Assembly: GCA_963762565.1 (NCBI GenBank)
Contig: CAVXLD010000003.1
Coordinates: forward strand, 32,001 to 96,000
Direction: 5' to 3'
Source of the DNA: an uncultured Verrucomicrobiae bacterium
Lineage (GTDB): Bacteria; Verrucomicrobiota; Verrucomicrobiia; Chthoniobacterales; JAFAMB01
Length of the DNA: 64,000 nt
Shown: piece after piece, positions 18,856-28,334 of the stretch
Layout of the letters: every line of letters begins with the position of its first letter
Numbering within the stretch: position 1 is the first letter of the stretch
The notes under the pieces: model-generated
Told to the model about the DNA's origin: nothing
Seen by the model: the letters and a program-made list of their open reading frames with translations, nothing else
Databases searched by the model: none
Made by a program: the position numbers and the translations under genes

Positions 18856-19065
18856 ATGAACGTATCACATCCCGAGTTCAACATTCTCGGTTTTCTCGTC
18901 CCTTTGAGTTTGGTAGCCGGAGTCGTCGGCTTCGTGATAGCTTGGTTTATCGTTGCTATTCTAGAGCGTTTTCGACTCACTCGCTATTTCGGAAACATCT
19001 CGCTCTTCTTTATCGCGTTGAGCGTCCTGTTGGCTGGCTTAACAGATTGGTTGGTGAATCTATGA
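18856..19065 (+). CDS. DUF1656/AaeX-like small membrane protein
   Basis: 69-aa hydrophobic protein (PEFNILGFLVP) between FUSC and membrane-fusion genes. Confidence 0.7.
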   Translation: MNVSHPEFNILGFLVPLSLVAGVVGFVIAWFIVAILERFRLTRYFGNISLFFIALSVLLAGLTDWLVNL

Positions 19066-19964
19066 TTAAAAAGATATTGGCTTATGGCTTCACGGTGGCG
19101 ATTGCTGCGGCTGCCGGTTGGATCATTTGGACTGAATATCATCATTATACGGATGATCCCTGGACCCGAGATGGGCAAGTCCGCGCCAACGTGGTGGGCA
19201 TCGCCCCGCGGGTGCCCGGACCGATCATCCGGATTGCTGTGATTGATAATCAGCAGGTTAAGCGGGGAGATCTTCTTTTTGAGATTGATCCCGCGGATTA
19301 CAGTGCCGCCGTTGAGCAGGCTAAGGCACAGGTACTGGCTGCAGAGGCAGACTTAACGGAGAAGAAGCAGGAGCTAGACAGACAGACTGCGTTGTTTCAG
19401 AAGAAGGTAAATCCCTTGAAGGATTACCAGGACGCGCAGGATAATTGCGACACGGCGAAAGCTAATCTCGCTGCAGCGAAAGCGAATCTACTAACGGCTC
19501 AACTGAGACTTAGTTACACGAAGATTTATGCGACGGTGAACGGCGAGGTAACGAACCTGGATGTCAGCGAGGGCGCCTATGCATCGACGGGAGAGCAAAT
19601 TATGGCGCTGGTAGACAGGGATTCGTACTGGATCGCCGCGTATTTTAAGGAAACGCAACTCCGCCACATCTCTACTGGTGATACCGCGATAATCTCCCTG
19701 ATGGGGAATGAAGATCAACCTTTTACGGGCAGAGTTCGCAGCGTGGGTTGGGGCATCTTTGTGACGGACGGTTCGGCAGGTCAAGGCACAGCCTTGCTGC
19801 CCTCGGTCAGTCCTACAATCGACTGGGTCCGACTACCACAGAGGTTTCCAGTACGCATTCAGGTCGCCAATTCGGGGCGCACCGAGCTGCGAATGGGGCA
19901 GACTGCCTCGGTCACAATTTCGCACGGTGCACGGGCAGAAAATATGAGCATTACTGCCAACTAA
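19062..19964 (+). CDS. HlyD/AaeA-family membrane fusion protein
   Basis: PWTRDGQVRA, IAPRVPG, AYFKETQL, WVRLPQRFPVRI; ATG overlaps the upstream stop. Confidence 0.9.
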   Translation: MIKKILAYGFTVAIAAAAGWIIWTEYHHYTDDPWTRDGQVRANVVGIAPRVPGPIIRIAVIDNQQVKRGDLLFEIDPADYSAAVEQAKAQVLAAEADLTEKKQELDRQTALFQKKVNPLKDYQDAQDNCDTAKANLAAAKANLLTAQLRLSYTKIYATVNGEVTNLDVSEGAYASTGEQIMALVDRDSYWIAAYFKETQLRHISTGDTAIISLMGNEDQPFTGRVRSVGWGIFVTDGSAGQGTALLPSVSPTIDWVRLPQRFPVRIQVANSGRTELRMGQTASVTISHGARAENMSITAN

Positions 19965-19974
19965 ACTGATATCT

Positions 19975-20925
19975 ATGGAGACGACAACAGAACGCGACAA
20001 CCTTTGCTATACGAAGATACCCCTCACACATGGATCGGGTGTGATCCCCGCACTAGGTTTTGGCACACTGATTCCCGACCCCGCCGACACCGTGAAGGCG
20101 ACCATCGCCGCGCTGGAAGCAGGATTTCGTCAACTCGATACCGCAGACCGATACCGAAATGAAAAACAGGTAGGCGAGGGCATGCAGAAGGTGTTCAAGC
20201 AGGGGAAGATTAAACGAGAAGACGTGTTTGTTGCCGCGAAACTCTGGAACACCAACCACCGTCCGGAACGGGTCAGACCCGCTTTCGATGCGAGTCTAAA
20301 GCGACTCCAACTCGACTACGTCGACCTCTATTTACCCCACACTCCGTTTGCCTTTCAACCTGGAGAGGAGCAAGACCCGAGGGACGAGAACGGCAAAGTA
20401 ATTTATGATGATGGGGTGACGTTGGTGGATACCTGGCGAGCTTTGGAGAGTCTCGTCGACGAGGGCAGGTGCAGGGCCATCGGATTGTCGGACGTGAGTT
20501 TGGAACAGGTGAAAGAGATTTTTGAATCCGCGAGAGTAAAGCCTGCCGTTGTTCACGTAGAAGCCCATCCCTATCTCCCAGAATGGGAGTTGCTCGAGTT
20601 CTGCCAGCAGAATGGTATCGTGCTCCAAGCTTTTTCGGCCTTGGGTCATAGTTCAGAACCCAAGTTGGTAGACGATCCTGTCGTTACCTCAATCGCCAAG
20701 AGGGTGCACAAAACCCCTAGCCAAGTGCTACTCGCATGGGGGGTGCAACGCGGCACTGCCCTCCTTACCAAATCCAAAACCCCGAGCCGCATCAAGGAGA
20801 ACTTTGATATCTCCAGGCTTCCCGAAGACGCAATGAAAGAGATTAGTGAGGGAATCCAGACCCGGCAAAGATTTAACTCAGTCGTGGAGACGGGGGTGCC
20901 CGGGTATATTCCAAGAGGAAGATGA
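19975..20925 (+). CDS. Aldo/keto reductase (copy 1)
   Basis: IPALGFGT, D-Y-K-H tetrad (LDTADRY, KLWN, LPHTP), AIGLSD, RIKENF. Confidence 0.92.
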   Translation: METTTERDNLCYTKIPLTHGSGVIPALGFGTLIPDPADTVKATIAALEAGFRQLDTADRYRNEKQVGEGMQKVFKQGKIKREDVFVAAKLWNTNHRPERVRPAFDASLKRLQLDYVDLYLPHTPFAFQPGEEQDPRDENGKVIYDDGVTLVDTWRALESLVDEGRCRAIGLSDVSLEQVKEIFESARVKPAVVHVEAHPYLPEWELLEFCQQNGIVLQAFSALGHSSEPKLVDDPVVTSIAKRVHKTPSQVLLAWGVQRGTALLTKSKTPSRIKENFDISRLPEDAMKEISEGIQTRQRFNSVVETGVPGYIPRGR

Positions 20926-21081
20926 ATCATTCAGTCCCTCGGGGACAAAGGTTTCCCGTACGCATTCAGGTCGCCAATTCGGGGCGAACCGAGCTGCGAA
21001 TGGGTGAGACTGCCTCGGTGACAATTTCGCACGGTGCACGGGCAGAAAATGTGAGCGTTATTCCTTAACCAACTGAGACAT

Positions 21082-22032
21082 ATGGAAATGACAACAGAAC
21101 CCGACAACCTTCGCTATACGACGATACCCCTCGCGCATGGATCTGGTGCGATCCCCGCGTTAGGTTTTGGCACACTGATTCCCGACCCCGTCGAAACCAT
21201 AAAGGCGACCATAGCCGCCCTGGAAGCGGGATTTCGGCAACTCGACTCTGCAGAACGATACCGAAATGAAAAAGAGGTAGGCGAAGCCGTACAGGAGGTA
21301 TTCAAGGAGGGGAAGATTAAGCGAGAGGATGTGTTTATTGCCACGAAACTCTGGAACAGCAACCACCGCCCTAAACGGGTCAAACCGGCTTTCGATGGGA
21401 GTCTAAAGCGACTCCAACTCGACTACGTCGACCTTTATTTGATCCACACCCCGTTTGCCTTTCAACCGGGAGACGAGCAAGACCCGAGGGACGAGAATGG
21501 CAAAGTGATTTATGACGAAGGGATAACGTTGCTGGATACGTGGCGGGCGTTGGAGAGTCTGGTGGATGAGGGCAGGTGTAAGGCTATCGGTTTGTCGGAC
21601 GTGACTCTGGAACAGACCAAAGAGATTTTTGAGTCCGCCAGGATAAAGCCCGCCGTGGTTCACGTAGAATCGCATCCCTATCTCCCGCAGTGGGACCTGG
21701 TCGAGTTCTGCCAACAGAACGGTATCGTGTTCCAGGCTTTTGCGGCCTTAGGTCATAGTTCAGACCCCAGGTTGTTGGATGATCCTGTGATTACCTCCAT
21801 CGCCAAGAGAGTGAACAAGACCCCGGCCCAAGTGCTGCTCGCATGGGCGATACAACGCGGCACGGCCCTACTTACCACTTCCAAAACCCCGAGCCGCATC
21901 AAAGAGAACTTTGATATCTCCACGCTCCCTGAAGACGCGATGAAAGAGATTAGTGAAGGCATCACGACGCGGCAAAGATTTAACGCAGTCGTGGAGACCG
22001 GCGTCCCCGGGTTTATTCCAAGAGGAAGGTGA
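21082..22032 (+). CDS. Aldo/keto reductase (copy 2, tandem duplicate)
   Basis: Same length and motifs as copy 1; preceded by a duplicated tail of the HlyD gene. Confidence 0.92.
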   Translation: MEMTTEPDNLRYTTIPLAHGSGAIPALGFGTLIPDPVETIKATIAALEAGFRQLDSAERYRNEKEVGEAVQEVFKEGKIKREDVFIATKLWNSNHRPKRVKPAFDGSLKRLQLDYVDLYLIHTPFAFQPGDEQDPRDENGKVIYDEGITLLDTWRALESLVDEGRCKAIGLSDVTLEQTKEIFESARIKPAVVHVESHPYLPQWDLVEFCQQNGIVFQAFAALGHSSDPRLLDDPVITSIAKRVNKTPAQVLLAWAIQRGTALLTTSKTPSRIKENFDISTLPEDAMKEISEGITTRQRFNAVVETGVPGFIPRGR

Positions 22033-22034
22033 AC

Positions 22035-22445
22035 ATGAACGAACAGCAAGTAGAGCAGTCCATGCAAGAAGAGCAAATACGCGAAGCCCTGGACGGGCAC
22101 TGGCAGGCGTCGGCAGCCGGCGATGCCAACGCGGAACACGATATTTACGATGACGATGCCATCTGTGATTATCCGCAGTCAGGCGAGCGAATCCTCGGAC
22201 GAAGAAATTTGCAAGCCTTGCGAAGTCATCATCCCGGCAAGCCGTCAGGCTTTAACGTCCGGCGAATTATCGGAAACGGTGATCTCTGGATCACGGAATA
22301 CACCATCACGTACCAAGGGCGACCAGCGTACACCGTGAGTATTATGGAGTTCCGCAACGGAAAGGTCGTTCACGAGACACAATATTTTGCGGATCCCTTC
22401 GAAGCGCCGGCCTGGCGGAGCCAATGGGTTCAGCAGATTCAGTGA
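22035..22445 (+). CDS. SnoaL/NTF2-like protein
   Basis: YDDDAICDYPQSGERILGR..SIMEFRNGKVVHETQYF. Confidence 0.8.
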   Translation: MNEQQVEQSMQEEQIREALDGHWQASAAGDANAEHDIYDDDAICDYPQSGERILGRRNLQALRSHHPGKPSGFNVRRIIGNGDLWITEYTITYQGRPAYTVSIMEFRNGKVVHETQYFADPFEAPAWRSQWVQQIQ

Positions 22446-22460
22446 CGCGGCCGGCGTTTT

Positions 22461-22535
22461 GTCCTTCCGACTTCGCCGACTCCTTGGTTGTGGAGCGCGC
22501 CTCGCTTGCGAGGCCGGCTTTGAGCCCGTTCGCAA
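22461..22535. repeat. Partial family A inner module
   Basis: gtccttccgacttcgcc..ggttgtggagcgcgcctcgcttgcgaggccg. Confidence 0.75.
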
Positions 22536-22600
22536 TCAAGACGAGCCGGCATCAATTCGTCCAAGTCCGCATCATGTCCTGACAAGAAAGGTGGCCGTAT

Positions 22601-23185
22601 ATGCGATCAGACATTATTCCCGCAATCTTCCCCGACTATGAGCTTCCCGATCACGCCGCGAAGCGTCGGAAGCTCTCCGAAATACAAGGACAACATCCAA
22701 TGGTTCTCGTACTCAGCCGCGGAGGTTTCTGCCCCAAGGACCGCCGGTACGCTGAAGGGCTTCTTCAACTCAATCGTGAACTAGAGGTTGGCTATTGCCG
22801 GCTGGTCACGATCAGCACTGACAATATCACAGAGACGAATGAATATCGCACCGGAGTGGGTGCCCACTGGCCTTTCCTTTCTGACCCGGGGCGTAAAGTC
22901 CAGAAGGATCTCGACATCGCCGAGTACACCGATCCTCTTCACAATCCGATGATCCCATACGTCATTGTCCTCGAACCTGGCCTTGTCGTATACAAGATCT
23001 ACAACGGCTACTGGTTCTTCGGCCGGCCCACGATGGAAGATCTCCGCCAGGATTTACGAGCCGTTACCAAGAAATGCCGGCCGGACTGGGACATCACGGA
23101 GCCCGAATTCAAAGTGGCGTGGCAACAAGGCCGGAAGGAACTCTTCTATCCCTACGGCAAAACGTACGCCCAAAACCTTGGGTGA
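22601..23185 (+). CDS. Redoxin (AhpC/TSA-like) domain protein
   Basis: FPDYELPD, RGGFCPKD single-Cys motif, WPFLSDPG. Confidence 0.75.
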   Translation: MRSDIIPAIFPDYELPDHAAKRRKLSEIQGQHPMVLVLSRGGFCPKDRRYAEGLLQLNRELEVGYCRLVTISTDNITETNEYRTGVGAHWPFLSDPGRKVQKDLDIAEYTDPLHNPMIPYVIVLEPGLVVYKIYNGYWFFGRPTMEDLRQDLRAVTKKCRPDWDITEPEFKVAWQQGRKELFYPYGKTYAQNLG

Positions 23186-23302
23186 GCAGGACTAGGATTT
23201 CGGGTCTCGTATTTCCCGTTTCGGAATGCTCGATTCAGATCGGCACGGGGATGACGCGGGTGGAGCTGGGAACATAATAAGGAATGCACCTGACCTCTCT
23301 GA

Positions 23303-23395
23303 CTGTCCCGGAGGGACCGAGTGAAGGTAGCCTGGCATGAAATGCCTGGGGAACTGTGGCCAAAAGGGCCCCGTCCCGGAGGGTACGGTATGATC
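23303..23395. repeat. REP arm (family C), left of Y1 transposase
   Basis: gtcccggagggac..ggtagcctggcatgaaatgcctgg..ccgtcccggagggtacggtatgat; inverted copy at 23990-24077. Confidence 0.88.
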
Positions 23396-23400
23396 GGCGT

Positions 23401-23853
23401 CTAGTCCCAGAGGTATTTGTCATCGAGATTGCCGCCGTGGTTTTTGAGAAACGCTAAATATTCGTCTTTAAAAGTCCGGGTTCGGTGATGTTCAAGCTGC
23501 TGTTCGATGTATTGGATGGTTTCAGCTACCTGACGAATGCCAACGCTAAAGGCGCCGTAGCCTTGCTGCCAGGCAAAGTTTCGCAAGTGTGGAAACGTGT
23601 GATGTATCCAGCCGGCCGACCCTGTTTTTATTAATTTCATCGCTTTTGCAATTCCCATTGTGGTCGGCAGTGCAAGTAGAAGGTGGACATGATCCGCGAC
23701 ACCACCGATGCATTTTGGGAAAATTCCATTCTGTCTTGCGATGCCACCCATCTATGGCCAAAGGCGTTCCCTGAGATCTGGAACCAAGACCGGAGTGCGC
23801 TCTTTTGTGCTAAAGACACAATGGATGTTTAGACACGAGAAAGTGTTCGACAT
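23401..23853 (-). pseudogene. tnpA: IS200/IS605-type Y1 (HUH) transposase, REP-associated (RAYT-like), with an in-frame amber stop at codon 34
   Basis: MSNTFSCLNIHCVFSTKER..RLWP*MGGIA..DHVH..FAWQQGYGAFSV..YIEQQLEHH; TAG at 23752-23754. Confidence 0.88.
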
Positions 23854-23989
23854 CGGGAAGGGATTTAATCCAAATCCTGGAAGATGACAACAACAAATTA
23901 ATATGTGCTTATATTAGATCCGAATTCAAAACGCGTCATCAATTTCCGTGTGAGATAAGCGTAAATGCGGTTCCACCAGCGAGGACCCC

Positions 23990-24077
23990 ATCATACCGTC
24001 CCTCCGGGACGGATCGCTTCGGGGGCATCTTCCAGGCATTTCATGCCAGGCTACCTTCACGCGGTCCCTCCGGGACA
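23990..24077. repeat. REP arm (family C), right of Y1 transposase
   Basis: atcataccgtccctccgggacgg..ccaggcatttcatgccaggctacc..gtccctccgggac. Confidence 0.88.
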
Positions 24078-24102
24078 ATGCGGGCCCTGTCACAGACGCC
24101 CG

Positions 24103-25869
24103 CTATAAGTCGATTACCACGTCGCCTTTAGGTTGGGAGCAACAGATCAACACATTGCCTTGGGTGGGCGGCTCGAGAGGTTTAGGCTGGTAGTCGACTG
24201 TGCCCGAGATCAAGCCGCTTTCGCAAGTGTGGCAGACTCCTGTGCGGCACGCCCAGCGCACCGGCACGTCACAGGCTTCCGCGAAATCGAGAAGGCTAGA
24301 AAACTTTAGGTTCCAACACACATTGAGGCCGCTGCGCACAAACGAAACTCGTGGACCCGAACCCACAGGCCCCTCCGGGGGGTGTGGAGGTGCCTGCGAT
24401 TGATCGACGACACCGGGCGTTATCGATTTTCCCGGGCCGAAAATCTCCGTGTGCACCCGGTCGTCTGAAACGCCCCAGGCCACTAGTCCCTCTCTTAAAT
24501 CCCGCATAAACCCCGTAGGCCCGCACAGGTAAAAGTCCGCATCGGAGGGCGTACCCAGCTTTTCGAGCACTTCGACCGTGATTTGTCCTGTATAGTCGAA
24601 ATGTATGCCCAGACGATCTCCAGATCGGGGGCGACTGTATGCAATAAATCTTCTGCCGTTGGGTAATGCTTTGATCAGGTCGTGTGACTCCCCCGCAAAT
24701 GGGTGCTCATCGCCATTACGAGCGCCGAAAAGCCACCAGACTTCACGCGATGAGATTTCATGAGCCAGCGAATGCAGCATTGCCAATACTGGAGTTGCAC
24801 CAACACCCGCACTGACTAACACCACTGGCTTCGTGCCGGGTTGCAGCGTGAAATTCCCCCTCGGCGCAGCCACATCGAGCAAATCACCCAGCCTAACTTG
24901 ATTCTGCAAGTAGGTACTGGCGGCGCCGTTCACCTCCAGCTTGATACTCACCCGGTACTGGTCCCCACCGGGTAAATCCGAAAGCGAGTAGTTGCGCAAC
25001 AGAACTGGACTGTCGGGTTTCGGTTGTATGCGCAAGATAATAAACTGACCGGGCAGAGCGGCAACGAGCGGGCGATTATCAGCAGGAGTTAGGGTTAACG
25101 AAACTACGCTGGCGCTCTCCCGCTTGATACGAGAGACTTTTAGCTGCCGGAATCCCGGCCAGGAAGGCGGTGGGCCGCTCTCTGGCGTGAGCCCTGGGTT
25201 TGCCTGCTCCGGGGTCTCGCCTTTCTTGTTTTGCAGCATCGATTGAAATGAATCCTGCCATCCCTGGCTCAAGGCTCGGATGCGTAATGCACGCTCTAAT
25301 TGCTCGGAAGCATGATTCGGCAGATAAAGCAGTCCATCTATCTCGGCGACATTCATTCGCTCTGAGCCTTCCGCGACCTTTACAATTTCATCACCGGCTC
25401 CAACTTCACCTTCTTCCAGGACTCGAAGGTAAAAACCCGGCCGATGATGCGCCACCACCAGCGCTGCCATTTGCGGTTCGTCCAAGCGGATGCCGAGGCG
25501 ATAACAGGTAACCCGCGGTTGCGATACTTCGAATAATGCGGCGCCGATGCGATAACGGTCGCCAATGCAGACTTCAGCATCTGGCAAGCCTTCCACAGTG
25601 AAGTTTTCACCGAATTGTCCATACGAAAAGTCATGTCGGCTAAGTTGACGCTCCCAATAGCGGTAGGAATCGAGCTGGTAAACCATTACCGCGCGGTTCA
25701 CGCCCCCGTGGCCGGCCAGGTCTCCCTGGCCGTCACCATCGATATTCAGTTTTCGAACGATCACGCGACTAACCACTGGATTCTTCCAGATGCCGGTGCG
25801 GATGGTTTTACCGCGCCAGGTAATCTCGCGCGGAAGACCAACGTTAACGGATGTAAGCCGGGGTGCCAT
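24103..25869 (-). CDS. MOSC/3-alpha plus FAD/NAD-binding reductase plus 2Fe-2S ferredoxin fusion
   Basis: GQFGENFT, SQPRVTC (YiiM-like MOSC), RNYSLS, AGVGATP, YLCGP, CRTGVCHTC..C. Confidence 0.88.
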   Translation of the reverse strand: MAPRLTSVNVGLPREITWRGKTIRTGIWKNPVVSRVIVRKLNIDGDGQGDLAGHGGVNRAVMVYQLDSYRYWERQLSRHDFSYGQFGENFTVEGLPDAEVCIGDRYRIGAALFEVSQPRVTCYRLGIRLDEPQMAALVVAHHRPGFYLRVLEEGEVGAGDEIVKVAEGSERMNVAEIDGLLYLPNHASEQLERALRIRALSQGWQDSFQSMLQNKKGETPEQANPGLTPESGPPPSWPGFRQLKVSRIKRESASVVSLTLTPADNRPLVAALPGQFIILRIQPKPDSPVLLRNYSLSDLPGGDQYRVSIKLEVNGAASTYLQNQVRLGDLLDVAAPRGNFTLQPGTKPVVLVSAGVGATPVLAMLHSLAHEISSREVWWLFGARNGDEHPFAGESHDLIKALPNGRRFIAYSRPRSGDRLGIHFDYTGQITVEVLEKLGTPSDADFYLCGPTGFMRDLREGLVAWGVSDDRVHTEIFGPGKSITPGVVDQSQAPPHPPEGPVGSGPRVSFVRSGLNVCWNLKFSSLLDFAEACDVPVRWACRTGVCHTCESGLISGTVDYQPKPLEPPTQGNVLICCSQPKGDVVIDL

Positions 25870-26017
25870 TGGGTTATAGGTTATAGGTTGTAGGTTTTAA
25901 GTTGTAAGTTTTAGGTTGGGCGTTTTGCAGTTCCAAAGCTCGGGAACATTGAGGCGCACTCAAAGGCTGTAAGCGGAACTCACAACTTAAAACCTACAAC
26001 TTATAACTTATAACTTA
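25870..26017. repeat. Inverted heptamer tandem arms (GTTATAG / CTTATAA) around a ~60-bp spacer
   Basis: ggttataggttataggttgtaggttttaagttgtaag mirrored by ctcacaacttaaaacctacaacttataacttataactta. Confidence 0.85.
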
Positions 26018-27478
26018 TTGTTTGAGCCGCAGACCTTTCGGGACGAAGACGCGGTCCAGTCCGTCGAAAAAAAACTGAACCGCCAACGCTAGCAAAGCCG
26101 CGGGAATCGCGCCCTCCAAGATGGTCTTGGAATCATTCAGGTTAAGCCCGCTGATAATTGGTTCTCCCAGGCCGCCGGCGCCGATGAGGGCTGCCACGGT
26201 AGCCGCGCCGACGTCAATAATCGCACTGGTTTTTATCCCGGCCAGAATCGTGCGTGAGGCGAGCGGCAAAAAAACTTTCCAAAGTTGGGCATTCGGTTCT
26301 AGTCCCAGTCCGGCAGCGGATTCCCGGACCGCTGTCGGAATCTCCTGTAAACCGGTGGCGGTGTTCCGGACGATGGGCAAGAGGCTATACAAAAACAGAG
26401 CGAAAATCGCTGTTGTCGGGCTGATCCCGAAGAAGGGGAGCGGCACGAGCAACGCCAGCAAGGCAAGCGACGGGATGGTTTGGATCATTCCGATTGCGCC
26501 GAGAATGAAATCGCTGATTGGTCCTGGCCGACTCGCGCGGATGCCAAGCGGGATGCCGACAATAATCGCCAGCAACAACGAAGCCCCCACCAATTTCAGA
26601 TGCTGCCATGTCCAACCCGCGATTTTTTCGGCGAGCCCGCCGGTCACAGGTTCTGGTTTTTGGCCGAAGTAGAGCGCCGCGGCCAGCGCGTAGTTTTTTG
26701 TCCGTTCCGCTTGGGCATTCAAGCGCGTAATACGCGTTGTGTCCAGCGTGCCGGCAAGCTTCTCTAGCGCGGTCACAGCGCGAGGATCTGTGCCGAGCCG
26801 GTAGAGAAAAACGGCTTTGTACTGTGGGAAGAAATGAAGATCATCATCGAGCACAATGAGGTTGTTTTCTGCGATTCTGGCGTCGGTCGAGTAGGCGTCC
26901 TTGACGTCAATCGAGCCATTGGCCAACGCAGCGTAGCCGAGCGCGTGGTCGATCCCGCGGACGTTGCGCATCTGTAAGTCATAGCGAGCGCTGAGCGGCG
27001 CCCAGCCATCCTGGCGGTCGAGGAACTCGTGTGTCAGGCCGATGTTCAGCTCAGGATATTTGCGGAGGTCGCTGATCTTGCGGATGCCTAGTTTGCCCGC
27101 CCGATCTCGCTCCATGACCAACGCATAGGTGTTGTCGAAACCAAGCTCCCCGGTCATGCCAACACCCTTTCCCCGAAGCAGGCTACGCATTTCGTCTGTG
27201 CTCAGCGGTTGCTTTGTCTTCAAAATTTCCTCGTCGATTGTGCCGGTGTATTCGGGGTAGAGCGCAATTTCGGCTCCGAGCAACGCTTCCCATAAGATGA
27301 TCGTGCCGCCCATTCCCTGCTTGTGTTGGACAGTGAAGCCGGCGTTCTGCAAAGCAGTCTTGGCAATCTCAGCCAACACGTAGGACTCGGTAAATCTCTT
27401 TGAGCCGACTACAATCGTCTGGGGCTGGGCCGTCGAGCAGAAGACTAAAACCGCTAAAAGGATGTCCGGCGATTTCAT
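26015..27478 (-). CDS. Betaine-class ABC transporter, fused substrate-binding protein and permease (possible ergothioneine transporter)
   Basis: Signal peptide, VGSKRFTESY, YPEYTGT, FFPQY (OpuAC-like), then QTIPSLAL, EAA-like loop, GAGGLG. Confidence 0.85.
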   Translation of the reverse strand: MKSPDILLAVLVFCSTAQPQTIVVGSKRFTESYVLAEIAKTALQNAGFTVQHKQGMGGTIILWEALLGAEIALYPEYTGTIDEEILKTKQPLSTDEMRSLLRGKGVGMTGELGFDNTYALVMERDRAGKLGIRKISDLRKYPELNIGLTHEFLDRQDGWAPLSARYDLQMRNVRGIDHALGYAALANGSIDVKDAYSTDARIAENNLIVLDDDLHFFPQYKAVFLYRLGTDPRAVTALEKLAGTLDTTRITRLNAQAERTKNYALAAALYFGQKPEPVTGGLAEKIAGWTWQHLKLVGASLLLAIIVGIPLGIRASRPGPISDFILGAIGMIQTIPSLALLALLVPLPFFGISPTTAIFALFLYSLLPIVRNTATGLQEIPTAVRESAAGLGLEPNAQLWKVFLPLASRTILAGIKTSAIIDVGAATVAALIGAGGLGEPIISGLNLNDSKTILEGAIPAALLALAVQFFFDGLDRVFVPKGLRLKQ

Positions 27479-28209
27479 AGCTCCGCCAGACCGCGCTGCG
27501 CGTGTAGAAAGTCACGGACGAATTCCGAGGCTGGCCTGGTTCTCAAGTCGTCGAGCGTTCCCGATTGGACAACCCGGCCTTCGTTCAGCAACACGATGCG
27601 GCTCGCTAAAAAACCGGCCTCAGCCATATCATGAGTAACCATCATAATCGTTTGTTGCAGGCGCTTGAAAATTTCTTTCAACTCATCCTGCAGACGGGCG
27701 CGCACCATCGGATCAAGCGCGCCAAATGGTTCATCGAGCAGCAGTACCGATGGTTTCAGCATGAGTGCGCGCATGAGGCTCACCCGTTGACGCTGGCCTC
27801 CGGAAAGTTCGACTGGATAGCGCCGAAGCGCATCTTCGGGGAAATGAGTCAGCTCACAGAGTTCCCGCAGGCGGGGTTCCATGCGCTCCACCGGCTCTTT
27901 CAGATGCTTTGCCATTAGCAGTACGTTTTGTCGGGCTGTCAAATGAGCGAAGAGTCCTCCTTCCTGGATCACATACCCGATCCGCCGCCGCAAACGCAGA
28001 ATATTCGCCGGCGAAACCCGCTCGCCGCCAATCTCGATTGAGCCGCCGGTAGGCTCAAGCAACCCCATGATTAGTTTTAAAATAGTCGATTTGCCGCAGC
28101 CACTCGGACCGATCAGCATAGTGATATCGCCGGTCGGCACATCCAGATTTGTTTCATGAAGAACGACCGTCCTGCCGAAGGTCTTACTCACAGAACTGAG
28201 TTTGATCAT
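27475..28209 (-). CDS. ABC transporter ATP-binding subunit (OpuA/ProV-like)
   Basis: GPSGCGKS, GYVIQEGGLF, LSGGQRQR, LLDEPFGALD. Confidence 0.92.
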   Translation of the reverse strand: MIKLSSVSKTFGRTVVLHETNLDVPTGDITMLIGPSGCGKSTILKLIMGLLEPTGGSIEIGGERVSPANILRLRRRIGYVIQEGGLFAHLTARQNVLLMAKHLKEPVERMEPRLRELCELTHFPEDALRRYPVELSGGQRQRVSLMRALMLKPSVLLLDEPFGALDPMVRARLQDELKEIFKRLQQTIMMVTHDMAEAGFLASRIVLLNEGRVVQSGTLDDLRTRPASEFVRDFLHAQRGLAEL

Positions 28210-28221
28210 TTGCGAAGGCGA

Positions 28222-28320
28222 TTAACCACAAAGACACAAAGATCACAAAGTTAGGAAACGGCTAAATCTCGACTGCTCTGAAAGTCAGTCTTGGTGTCCT
28301 TTGCGTCTTTGTGGTGAATT
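28222..28320. repeat. Inverted nonamer tandem arms (CACAAAGA-type)
   Basis: ttaaccacaaagacacaaagatcacaaag mirrored by cttggtgtcctttgcgtctttgtggtgaa. Confidence 0.75.
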
Positions 28321-28334
28321 TTTCTGTTAATCAT

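Noticed and set aside
19975..22032. AKR copies as a DGR TR/VR pair
   Set aside because: Differences involve all bases and look mostly synonymous; an ordinary duplication
23401..23990. IS605 element with TnpB and omega RNA
   Set aside because: No tnpB ORF; the flanks are long inverted REP arms
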